64,000 nucleotides of DNA from Bacteroidaceae bacterium (GTDB lineage Bacteria > Bacillota > Clostridia > Oscillospirales > Acutalibacteraceae): positions 21,300 through 85,299 of the forward strand of contig CAVGRW010000001.1 of NCBI GenBank assembly GCA_963631735.1, given 5' to 3'. Below the pieces are notes generated by a model. That model had not been told where the DNA came from. It did no database searches and saw nothing but the letters and a program-made list of their open reading frames with translations. Numbering within the stretch: position 1 is the first letter of the stretch; the number at the start of each line of letters is the position of its first letter. Made by a program: the position numbers and the translations under genes. Positions 1-8,031 of this stretch are shown here, piece by piece.

Positions 1-1
1 A

Positions 2-1060
2 GTTGTCAAAGCCGACGCTTACGGCCACGGCGCAATCGAGGTCAGCAAGGCTCTCAGCGAGATAGGCACATACGGATTTGCCGTTGCGACCGTCGGAGAA
101 GCGCTTGCACTCAGGCGTGCAGGTATCACGAAACCGATACTTATTCTTGACTTTGTTTTTCCGAATCAGTTTGAGACGATCATCAGAAACGACATAATGC
201 TTACCATATTCCGCTATGAGATAGCCAAGGAGCTTAACGAAGCGGCGGAGCAGATGGGCACGACTGCGCATATTCATATTAAGGTCGATACCGGAATGGG
301 AAGAATAGGCTTTATCCCCGACGACGAGAGCATTGACGAAATTCGCAGAATTTCTCAGCTCCCAAACGTTGAGATAGACGGTATTTTCACACATTTTGCG
401 TGTGCCGACGAAGCAGACAAAACATCAATGAACAAACAGTTTGAAAAGTTCAAGAGCTTTGTTAAAAAGCTTGAGGAAATCGGAATAAACATTCCCATCA
501 AGCATGTTTGCAACAGCGCCGCCATAATCGACAGCGATGATAAATTTCTGAACATGGTAAGAAGCGGAATCATAACCTACGGTCTCTACCCTTCCGAATT
601 TGTTCACAAGGACAAACTTCACATCGAGCCGGCAATGGAGCTTCACAGCCTTGTTATAAACGTAAAAACCATACACAAGGGAGATACTGTCAGCTACGGC
701 TCAACATATGTTGCCGACAAGCCGACCGTTATCGCAACAATTCCCGTCGGCTATGCGGACGGCTATCCGAGACTGTTATCCAACAAGGGCAGCGTGCTTA
801 TTCACGGAAAGCGTGCCAAAATCGTAGGCATGATATGTATGGATCAGTTCATGGTTGATGTTACGGATATTCCCGGCGTTTCAATCGGAGACGGCGTAAC
901 GCTCATCGGTAAGGACGGCGATGAGGAAATCACATGCGAGGAGATCGGCGATATTTCCGGCAGATTCAATTACGAGTTCCTTTGCTGTATCACACGCCGT
1001 GTTCCGAGAGTTTATATCAGAAACGGCAAGACAAAGAAAATTGTTGACTATTTAGAGTGA
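2..1060 (+). CDS. alr: Alanine racemase, 5'-truncated by the window edge
   Basis: Frame is open from nt 2. N-terminal VVKADAYGHG matches the PLP-lysine motif of alanine racemases. C-terminal region has PVGYADGYPR and MDQFMVDV. The listed ORF 197-1060 is in the same frame. Confidence 0.9.
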   Translation, partial: VVKADAYGHGAIEVSKALSEIGTYGFAVATVGEALALRRAGITKPILILDFVFPNQFETIIRNDIMLTIFRYEIAKELNEAAEQMGTTAHIHIKVDTGMGRIGFIPDDESIDEIRRISQLPNVEIDGIFTHFACADEADKTSMNKQFEKFKSFVKKLEEIGINIPIKHVCNSAAIIDSDDKFLNMVRSGIITYGLYPSEFVHKDKLHIEPAMELHSLVINVKTIHKGDTVSYGSTYVADKPTVIATIPVGYADGYPRLLSNKGSVLIHGKRAKIVGMICMDQFMVDVTDIPGVSIGDGVTLIGKDGDEEITCEEIGDISGRFNYEFLCCITRRVPRVYIRNGKTKKIVDYLE

Positions 1061-1064
1061 TTTT

Positions 1065-1544
1065 ATGGAAACGAAAACAAATGTTATGCGCTTGCTTGAA
1101 AAGCAGAAAATAAATTATACTCCGCATTTCTATCCCCACGGTGACGATATTCCGACGGACGGCGTTACCGTTGCGGAATTCCTCGGAAAAGAACCCGCTT
1201 CGGTCTACAAAACGCTTGTTACACGCTCCGCTTCAAAGAATTATTATGTTTTTGTAGTTCCCGTTGCCGAGCATCTTGATTTAAAAAAGGCGGCGAAGGC
1301 AGTCAAAGAGAAATCAATCGAGATGATCAAGCAAAACGAGCTTCTTCCGCTGACGGGTTATGTGCACGGCGGATGCAGTCCCATCGGAATGAAAAAGAGC
1401 TTTAAAACGACCTTTCATGAGGATATAAATTCGCTTGACACGGTCACACTCAGCGCAGGTCGGATAGGAAGTCAGATTGAGCTCTCCCCAGCCGATATTA
1501 TAAAAGCGACAAGAGGACAAACAGCGGATATAATTGTTAAATAA
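1065..1544 (+). CDS. ybaK: YbaK/EbsC-type Cys-tRNA(Pro) deacylase
   Basis: 159 aa. Has YbaK-family length and motifs (KTLV, HGGCSPIG). Starts 5 nt after the alr stop. Confidence 0.85.
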   Translation: METKTNVMRLLEKQKINYTPHFYPHGDDIPTDGVTVAEFLGKEPASVYKTLVTRSASKNYYVFVVPVAEHLDLKKAAKAVKEKSIEMIKQNELLPLTGYVHGGCSPIGMKKSFKTTFHEDINSLDTVTLSAGRIGSQIELSPADIIKATRGQTADIIVK

Positions 1545-1548
1545 AAGA

Positions 1549-1585
1549 ACAGCAGCAGAATTAAATTTCCGCTGCTGTATTTTTA
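1549..1585. terminator. Bidirectional rho-independent terminator between convergent genes
   Basis: Stem ACAGCAGC (1549-1556) pairs with GCTGCTGT (1571-1578). It is followed by ATTTTTAT on the plus strand and preceded by an A-run. Confidence 0.6.
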
Positions 1586-1601
1586 TATTCTGTTAAGTAA
1601 G

Positions 1602-3359
1602 TCAGTTTCCTCTGCCGAAATTGATGATCTTGTCAATAGCTTCGCTGACCGAACCGTCATCAAGGGTGAAATCGTCACCTGTTGTTGTCTCGTCCGTGAC
1701 CGGCTCTGTGGTTTCAGGCTCACCCCAAACGAAAAGGAATACCGTTGTGCCCTTTTCATATGAAGCGCCTTCTTCAAGTGAAGCGCCCTGAACGGTGTCG
1801 GGAATCTCGTTATCCGTATTGAGCTTAACTGATTTCTCAACAACAAAGCCAAGCTTTGTGAGAAGATTTTTAGCGTCGTCATACTTCATTCCGACTATGC
1901 CCGAGGTCGGGAAAACAATACTCTGCTTGCCCTTGCTGACAACAAGCTTGATGGTTGTTCCGACGGGAACCTTGTCGTTAACGTCGATACTCTGACTGAT
2001 AACGTAGCCTTCTTCAACCGTTGAGTCGTAGACCTCGTTCTTTTCAAACTTAAAGTTCTTGGTATTATAAGTGTTGTCGATTATCTCGTTATAAGGCTTG
2101 CCGACAAAGTTCGGTACTTCAACGCTTTCCGAAGCGGCTGTCGTTGTCGTATCGTTATCGAGCTTGATAACGCCTGTCTGCCAAAGGACAAGGAAACCGA
2201 TTGCAAGAACAATTACAATTGCACAGATCGCAATAATAGCTGAGGATCTGTTGTGGCGCTTCTTAGCTGCCTCACGCTTGTTATAGGTGTAATCCTCCTC
2301 ATCGTCTTCTTCGTCAACGATTCGCTGTGCAACGGGCTTTTTAACGTTCGCAGGAGCGACGGGTTCATATTCAACGCCTGCACCTGCGGCGGCGCTCGGA
2401 GATGCCGAGAGCTCGGCACGGAGTTCCTCGACCGTTCTTGTTCTGTCCTCGGGGAGTATCTGGAGAGCGTTTACAAGTCCGTTGATAACATATGCGGGCA
2501 GCTGCTCGGCAAACTTGCCGGGAACCATGAGTCTGTCGTTTGTTACACGCTCGGTTGCGTCGATAGGATCGGTTCCGATAAGTGTTCTGTAAAGCACGGC
2601 GCCGAAGCCGTAAATATCCGTCCATGTGCCCTGTCTGCCGTCAAAGCCGTACTGCTCAAATGCGGCATAGCCGTTGTAAAGCTGGCTCTTAAGCTCACTT
2701 CTTGCGGATCTTACCTGACTTATGCTGAAGCCTGTGATTCTGATTTTTCCGTCGGAAGCAACAATAAGCGTTGACGGAGAAATACCTCTGTGGATAATTC
2801 CCGAAGCATGAAGCGTTCCGAGGGTTGAAAGCACAGGCATGAGAAGCGGACGAGCCTTTTCCCAGGAAATATAGCCGACATTGTTTCTGAGAAGATATTC
2901 TCTGAGCGTAATGCCGTCGATATTCTCCGTGATTGCGTAGCAGGTACCGTTGCCCTCAAGCGTATCCTTTACTTTAATAAGTGCGGAAAGTCCGCTGAGA
3001 CGCATGAGCTTTCTCCACATCTCGGTGAAGCTTTGCAGGCACTCGTTAAAAATATTTTCATTTCCCGGAGCAACATAAACGCCGAGTGTTCTCGGGTCAC
3101 GCAGAGCTATTCCCTCGGGGAAGAACTCACGGATATTGACAGGCTCTCTTGTCGAGAGGTCAAGACCCATATATGTTGCGCCGTCACCGTTGTATTCAAG
3201 AAGCTTGCCGACAAGATATCTGTTGCCGAGAACCGTCCTGATGGGCAGGTAGGGCTCGATCTGCTTTGAGTCGGCGTGGAAGCCGCAGTAGGGGCACTGC
3301 TTCTCCGTTCCGATATCCTTCATGCAGCTCATACATAAATTATCTGAATTGATCATCAT
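1602..3359 (-). CDS. Membrane protein with an N-terminal CxxC-N11-CxxC zinc ribbon, a degenerate Hanks-kinase (pseudokinase) domain, one TM and two PASTA-like repeats
   Basis: 585 aa. CMSC...CPYC lies at the N-terminus. The kinase fold is recognisable, but VAIK reads VNIRE, HRDxKxxN reads HRGISPST, DFG reads TGF and APE reads AFE. TM is AIIAICAIVIVLAIGFLVLW. C-terminal repeats are PASTA-like (VPNFVGKPY..., GIVGMKYDDAKNLLTKLGF). Confidence 0.8.
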   Translation of the reverse strand: MMINSDNLCMSCMKDIGTEKQCPYCGFHADSKQIEPYLPIRTVLGNRYLVGKLLEYNGDGATYMGLDLSTREPVNIREFFPEGIALRDPRTLGVYVAPGNENIFNECLQSFTEMWRKLMRLSGLSALIKVKDTLEGNGTCYAITENIDGITLREYLLRNNVGYISWEKARPLLMPVLSTLGTLHASGIIHRGISPSTLIVASDGKIRITGFSISQVRSARSELKSQLYNGYAAFEQYGFDGRQGTWTDIYGFGAVLYRTLIGTDPIDATERVTNDRLMVPGKFAEQLPAYVINGLVNALQILPEDRTRTVEELRAELSASPSAAAGAGVEYEPVAPANVKKPVAQRIVDEEDDEEDYTYNKREAAKKRHNRSSAIIAICAIVIVLAIGFLVLWQTGVIKLDNDTTTTAASESVEVPNFVGKPYNEIIDNTYNTKNFKFEKNEVYDSTVEEGYVISQSIDVNDKVPVGTTIKLVVSKGKQSIVFPTSGIVGMKYDDAKNLLTKLGFVVEKSVKLNTDNEIPDTVQGASLEEGASYEKGTTVFLFVWGEPETTEPVTDETTTGDDFTLDDGSVSEAIDKIINFGRGN

Positions 3360-3393
3360 ATACCTTCTTCCGAAACTCAGATTTCTTTAGCCT

Positions 3394-3422
3394 ATGATAA
3401 CATTTAAGGCTAAATTTGTCAA
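3394..3422 (-). promoter_or_regulatory. Candidate sigmaA promoter for the pseudokinase gene
   Basis: The minus strand reads TTGACA, a 17-nt spacer, then TATCAT. It lies about 35 nt upstream of the start codon. Confidence 0.35.
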
Positions 3423-3466
3423 GTTAAGACAATTTACAATAGGTTACAATATAATACTTATGAATA

Positions 3467-3495
3467 TTGAATTTATGAACTCAATGTGATAAAAT
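3467..3495 (+). promoter_or_regulatory. Candidate sigmaA promoter for the hydrolase gene
   Basis: TTGAAT (3467-3472), a 17-nt spacer, then TAAAAT (3490-3495) with an upstream TGn extended -10. RBS AAGGAG at 3508-3513. Confidence 0.4.
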
Positions 3496-3521
3496 AATAA
3501 AAAATTCAAGGAGTTGATCCT

Positions 3522-4424
3522 ATGGAAAAAGCTGAATTGAATAAGCTCGTCAGTCAGGTTGAAACCCTGGAGCTTAACGATAAAGAACGTGCCATGAACA
3601 GCGGCAGCTTCATTTCCCTGCCCTGCGGAGTTACTCATTATCAAATGGAGGGCAGCGGCGAACCTGTCGTTTTGACCCACGGCTATGCGACGCCGTATAA
3701 AATATACGACAAGCTTTTCGACGCACTTGTAAAAGCCGGATATAGGGTTATAAGATACGACCTTATAGGCAGAGGACTTTCACAGCGCACACATGACGCC
3801 TGCACACCCGAATTGTTTGCAAGACAGCTCAACGAGCTTACAAAAAAGCTTTTGGGCGATGAAAAATTCTACCTTGTCGGCACATCAATGGGCGGTACTG
3901 TAACAACAGCTTTTTGCCGCTTCTATCCCGGCAGAGTTAAAAAGCTTGTTCTTCTTGCACCTGCGGGAATGGACACCTTTGAACCTCCGCTTTACATGAA
4001 GCTGTGCGAAATCCCCGGCTTCGGCAAGGCTCTGTTTAAAACGATCGGCGGTAAAACTCTTATCAAAAACTGTGCCGGTGAAATGACCCATACTGAACAG
4101 GCCGAGGTTGATGATTTCACACGCTATTTTGCAATGTGCGCCGAATACAAGGGCTTTGTCAACAGTACATTCTCCAGCCTTATAAACTGTATTCTTAACA
4201 CAAAAGAAGCGACAGAGGGCTACAAGAGCGTCAATGAGCAAGGTATTCCGATGCTTGTCGTTTGGGGCACGGCGGACAAAACAATGCCGTATTATCAGAT
4301 CGACAGAATGAAGGAAATTTGTCCGAACGCCGAGTATGTGACATTTGAGGGCTCGGGTCATGTCTTTGTCTATGACGAGGGCGAAAGAACCGCAGATGTC
4401 GTACTCCCCTTTTTAAAGAAATAA
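3522..4424 (+). CDS. Alpha/beta-fold hydrolase
   Basis: 300 aa. Nucleophile elbow GTSMGG, an HG oxyanion motif (LTHGYA) and a C-terminal GSGHV histidine region. Confidence 0.8.
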   Translation: MEKAELNKLVSQVETLELNDKERAMNSGSFISLPCGVTHYQMEGSGEPVVLTHGYATPYKIYDKLFDALVKAGYRVIRYDLIGRGLSQRTHDACTPELFARQLNELTKKLLGDEKFYLVGTSMGGTVTTAFCRFYPGRVKKLVLLAPAGMDTFEPPLYMKLCEIPGFGKALFKTIGGKTLIKNCAGEMTHTEQAEVDDFTRYFAMCAEYKGFVNSTFSSLINCILNTKEATEGYKSVNEQGIPMLVVWGTADKTMPYYQIDRMKEICPNAEYVTFEGSGHVFVYDEGERTADVVLPFLKK

Positions 4425-4437
4425 AAATACATAAATG

Positions 4438-4468
4438 CTCCCCTGACTTCGGTTTGAATTCAGGGGAG
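4438..4468. terminator. Bidirectional terminator hairpin between convergent genes
   Basis: CTCCCCTGA (4438-4446) pairs with TCAGGGGAG (4460-4468). AT-rich tracts flank it on both sides. Confidence 0.6.
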
Positions 4469-4491
4469 TAATTTATTTTATAGTGTTAAAA

Positions 4492-5037
4492 TTATGCACC
4501 GAAATATCTCTTGAGGAGACCTGCAAAAGCCTTACCGTGTCTTGCTTCATCTCTTGCCATTTCGTGAACCGTGTCATGAATAGCGTCGAGGTTAGCTTCC
4601 TTAGCTCTCTTAGCAAGGTCGAACTTACCTGCCGTTGCGCCGTTCTCGGCTGCAACTCTCATCTCAAGGTTCTTCTTTGTTGAGTCTGTAACAACCTCAC
4701 CGAGAAGCTCTGCAAACTTTGCAGCGTGCTCAGCCTCCTCGTAGGCTGCCTTTTCCCAATAAAGACCGATCTCGGGATAGCCCTCTCTGTGAGCTACTCT
4801 TGCCATTGCAAGATACATGCCGACCTCTGAGCACTCGCCGTTGAAGTTAGCTCTGAGATCCTCGAGAATATCCTCGGAAACGCCCTGTGCAACGCCTACG
4901 ACGTGCTCTGCTGCCCAAGTCATACCCTCGTCCTGCTTGTTAAACTTTGATGCCGGAACTCCGCACTGCGGGCACTTCTCCGGAGGAGTGTCGCCCTCGT
5001 GAACATAACCGCATACACTGCATACCCATTTTGCCAT
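4492..5037 (-). CDS. rbr: Reverse rubrerythrin (N-terminal rubredoxin-like domain, C-terminal ferritin-like diiron domain)
   Basis: 181 aa. WVCSVCGY...CPQCG lies at the N-terminus. It is followed by ExxH diiron motifs ([18 protein letters not shown]). Confidence 0.9.
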   Translation of the reverse strand: MAKWVCSVCGYVHEGDTPPEKCPQCGVPASKFNKQDEGMTWAAEHVVGVAQGVSEDILEDLRANFNGECSEVGMYLAMARVAHREGYPEIGLYWEKAAYEEAEHAAKFAELLGEVVTDSTKKNLEMRVAAENGATAGKFDLAKRAKEANLDAIHDTVHEMARDEARHGKAFAGLLKRYFGA

Positions 5038-5059
5038 AATAATTTACCTCCAAGAAATT

Positions 5060-5446
5060 TTATTTTGCATTGAGGCATTCATCGCACACGCCGCTGAATA
5101 TAAGCTCGTGCGTATCAATGCGTCCCTTTGCATATGCTTGCGCTTTTGAATTAATATCATCGAATGTGGGCATATCAACATCGGTAACTCTGCCGCATTC
5201 AAGACACTGAAAATGATAGTGAAGCTCCTTGTTGCCGTCGTAACGGTCGGCGCCCTCAAAGCTTATTTTGAGAATGACGCCGTCGGAAGCGAGCATATTA
5301 AGGTTTCTGTACACCGTGCCGAGACTCAAATTCGGCATCTGAGCCTTGAGCGTAAAGTACAGATCCTCGGCTGTGGGATGATCCTTCCGAGAACGAAGCT
5401 CAGTGAGAATTGCTTCACGTTGCTTTGAATGTTTTACAGCTGCCAT
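5060..5446 (-). CDS. perR: Fur-family transcriptional repressor, PerR-like
   Basis: 128 aa. Has a winged-helix N-terminus and HYHFQCLECG...GVCDECL, i.e. two CxxC pairs. It lies 22 nt upstream of rbr on the same strand. Confidence 0.8.
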   Translation of the reverse strand: MAAVKHSKQREAILTELRSRKDHPTAEDLYFTLKAQMPNLSLGTVYRNLNMLASDGVILKISFEGADRYDGNKELHYHFQCLECGRVTDVDMPTFDDINSKAQAYAKGRIDTHELIFSGVCDECLNAK

Positions 5447-5460
5447 AGATTTACCTCATC

Positions 5461-5485
5461 AATAATAGTAATCGTTACTGTTATT
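5461..5485. promoter_or_regulatory. Fur/PerR-box-like inverted repeat upstream of perR
   Basis: AATAATAGTAA-TCG-TTACTGTTATT forms 11-nt arms with one mismatch. It lies just upstream of the perR RBS (GAGGTAA on the minus strand, 5451-5457). Confidence 0.45.
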
Positions 5486-5528
5486 ATAACCGATTATTTT
5501 TAAAAGTCAAGTGTTTTTCAAAAATTTT

Positions 5529-5557
5529 TTGACAAATTTATTTTTTCATTGTAATAT
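5529..5557 (+). promoter_or_regulatory. Candidate sigmaA promoter for the lipoprotein gene
   Basis: TTGACA (5529-5534), a 17-nt spacer, then TAATAT (5552-5557). Confidence 0.45.
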
Positions 5558-5598
5558 ATTTTACAGAAAACGAATTTTTATTACAGGGTGATATATTT

Positions 5599-6012
5599 AT
5601 GAAAAGAATTACGGCGTTGCTTCTTTTAATTTTGATTATCTCGGTGTTCTGCTCATGCGGCAAAGCCGATACAGACAACGACGGCACAACCGAGGCGACC
5701 AATCCTCCGCACTACACGACGGTAATTGACGGCAAAAAATATACCGCCCAAAGGCTTGATTCAAATGACAAAAATTATCAGATAGGCTATTATAATGACA
5801 AGAACCTGCCTGAGCGCTTTGAATACTACAAGGACGGCAAGCTGAGCTATTATTACATTTCAAGCGGCTTTGACGAAAACGGAAACGATAGTATTCAGAA
5901 ATACTACAATGCCGACGGCAAGCTTCTGGGAACAGTCGATAACGGAAAATTTTACAATGCAAGCGGTAAGGAGATTTCGGAAAGCGAAATGGATTCGCTT
6001 CTTCCGTCATAA
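5599..6012 (+). CDS. Small secreted lipoprotein of unknown function
   Basis: 137 aa. Signal peptide with lipobox VFCSC-G. The mature part is rich in Y/N/D/G with YY..DGKL-type repeats. Confidence 0.7.
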   Translation: MKRITALLLLILIISVFCSCGKADTDNDGTTEATNPPHYTTVIDGKKYTAQRLDSNDKNYQIGYYNDKNLPERFEYYKDGKLSYYYISSGFDENGNDSIQKYYNADGKLLGTVDNGKFYNASGKEISESEMDSLLPS

Positions 6013-6018
6013 AATTAA

Positions 6019-6056
6019 GCAGAGACAAAGCGAAATGCAATGTCTCTGCTGTTTTT
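6019..6056 (+). terminator. Rho-independent terminator
   Basis: GCAGAGACA (6019-6027) pairs with TGTCTCTGC (6041-6049). It is followed by TGTTTTTCT. Confidence 0.6.
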
Positions 6057-6065
6057 CTATTCATT

Positions 6066-7118
6066 TTACCACTTATTATGTACTCTTTCGGCGAAAACAA
6101 CCTTGTCTTTGACTTCGATAACCGTGCCGTCATCGAGGATCGCCTTGCCCGAGATCTTGCCGAAAACCTGATGCGGAAGCATACAGATGAGCTTGACGTC
6201 AAGCGGAGCCACACGGTCGATAATAGGCTCAAAGCTCATTTCAAACCTGCCGTCGTTGCTCGTGAATGTCCACGGCTCGGTGTAGTAATACTCGCCGTTT
6301 CTGTACGGAATATGGAATTCGACTTGGTCAAGCTTGTGCGACTTGCCGTTATAGAAAAGCATGTTTTCGCTTGCAGCCGAGGTATCGCCGAAGCCGTAGC
6401 CGATATTAAATCCGAAGCGGCTGCCGTCGTCGAGAATCATCTGACCGCTGCCCCAATACCATGTATTGTCGTAGGTCCAGACTCCCCTGCCCCAATCGAG
6501 CGTTGCAAGCGACTGATTTTCCTCGTTAAACGTCCAGCGAAGATCGCCGAAGGTCATTTTGCCCGTTGCTCTCATGCAGTTGATTTTCTGATTGTAATAG
6601 AAATGCTTATCCTTATCAAACGGAGTTGCAATAACCATGCTTTCCTCTGGAATATCGGTCAGCGTGACATCGAACGTCAGGAGCTTGCCCGAGTTGCAAT
6701 AGTTGCCGTAGGTTCCGTAAAGGCGGCGTGTTTTGCCGTCATTTTTGAATGTCATGTCGCATGTGCCGACCTTGGCGTGGATATCGCCCTTTTCGCTTGT
6801 TGCAGGCAGGTTCATTTTACCCATCGGGAATGCGCCGATCTCGCTGTCGTTCATCTGGAACGGCTTATCGCCGAAGCCCATGAGCGAAATGCTCAGACAG
6901 CTTACATAACCGCTGTCGGAAATCGTAAGGCAAAGACCGCAGTCCTGATTGCCGATGTAGTAATAGTCCCACTCCTTAATGCGGAATTTAGGCGCCTTAA
7001 TATCGTTTCTGCTGTACTCCCAATAGAGCTTTTTTGCAAAGCCGGGCTCAGTGATGTTGCCGTTTGCGTTCAAAAGCTTCTGCTTTGAAGTAATTTCATG
7101 CTGCATAAATTGTGACAT
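6066..7118 (-). CDS. DUF2804-family protein
   Basis: 350 aa. The N-terminal pattern K.WDYYYI...CL.ISD.GY and the overall beta-rich composition match my memory of DUF2804. No signal peptide. Confidence 0.7.
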   Translation of the reverse strand: MSQFMQHEITSKQKLLNANGNITEPGFAKKLYWEYSRNDIKAPKFRIKEWDYYYIGNQDCGLCLTISDSGYVSCLSISLMGFGDKPFQMNDSEIGAFPMGKMNLPATSEKGDIHAKVGTCDMTFKNDGKTRRLYGTYGNYCNSGKLLTFDVTLTDIPEESMVIATPFDKDKHFYYNQKINCMRATGKMTFGDLRWTFNEENQSLATLDWGRGVWTYDNTWYWGSGQMILDDGSRFGFNIGYGFGDTSAASENMLFYNGKSHKLDQVEFHIPYRNGEYYYTEPWTFTSNDGRFEMSFEPIIDRVAPLDVKLICMLPHQVFGKISGKAILDDGTVIEVKDKVVFAERVHNKW

Positions 7119-7131
7119 AATTATCCCCTCT

Positions 7132-8031
7132 TTATTTCTTCATTTCTGCAAGGTCTCTGTAGTTGATGAGCTTGAAGCCGAGCGACTCAATATGCTGTTT
7201 CGTCTGCGGATCCTTGAGGAATTTATATTCCCACTCACGTCTGAACCAAACGCCCGAAGCGCCCTTGAGATCCTCGGTCGGAAGCGACGGGTGCATGTAG
7301 GTTTCGGTCACTGCGCCGTCAGGGAAGGTTTTATAAAGCTCATAGATATATTCCTTAAAGTTCTCATAGCTCTCGCTCTGCGGACCGCTCCACTCGTTCG
7401 GAATAAGATAATCGGGAATTGCAACGTGGAGAGCCTTAGCCTGCTCGACAACATTACTCAGGAGCCCGAGAACAACGTTTTTATCAACCTGAATGTCAAG
7501 CATTGAATTTGAAAACTGTTCGTCTGCGAGGTTCGCAGGGAATCTGAACGGCAAGCCGTATTCTGCGGCAACTCTAAAGGCAACATTCAGAAGCTCAAAG
7601 CGACCCGTTGCAACGCCGTAGATCGAGCCCATGTGATTGTCAATGTGCGACGGGTTAAGTCCGAGCTTTTTGAGCAGCTCTATCTGTGCGACAGCCTCGG
7701 CATAGACCTCATCAAGATTTGCGTGCTTCTCAAAATCGTCGCTTTCATGGTGCATGTAGCCGAATTCGTCACGGAGACTCTCGGTATTATTATGAGCCAC
7801 GGGACCCCATCGGTAGCTGTTCCATTCGTTCGTAAACGTCCAATGAACACCGATGCAAAGCTCGGGGTTTTTCTTTGCGAAATTTACGGCATCGGGCGCC
7901 CAAGGGCATGGTGCCATAATTGTCGATGATGTCAAAGCGCTGTTCGGATCGGTCAGCAAATCGGATATTGCAAGGTTTGCACCCTTGAACGAGCCGAAAT
8001 CATCGGCATTGATTATCATGTATTTTGACAT
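7132..8031 (-). CDS. YdjC/ChbG-family carbohydrate deacetylase
   Basis: 299 aa. IINADDFG sits at the N-terminus, with conserved His motifs (GVHWTF, HIDNHMG). Confidence 0.8.
   Translation of the reverse strand: MSKYMIINADDFGSFKGANLAISDLLTDPNSALTSSTIMAPCPWAPDAVNFAKKNPELCIGVHWTFTNEWNSYRWGPVAHNNTESLRDEFGYMHHESDDFEKHANLDEVYAEAVAQIELLKKLGLNPSHIDNHMGSIYGVATGRFELLNVAFRVAAEYGLPFRFPANLADEQFSNSMLDIQVDKNVVLGLLSNVVEQAKALHVAIPDYLIPNEWSGPQSESYENFKEYIYELYKTFPDGAVTETYMHPSLPTEDLKGASGVWFRREWEYKFLKDPQTKQHIESLGFKLINYRDLAEMKK

Noticed and set aside
6078-7088. A 336-aa plus-strand ORF covers almost the whole DUF2804 gene in antisense. Similar long antisense ORFs occur at 12610-13293, 18706-19572, 31573-32259, 40052-40720, 53106-53861, 54220-54969, 55481-56218 and 62996-63739.
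   Set aside because: Each lies opposite a gene with clear family motifs. Their translations are Ala/Val/Leu/Arg/Cys-rich shadow-frame products with no recognisable motifs, SD or independent intergenic flanks. These are ordinary shadow ORFs, not overlapping genes.
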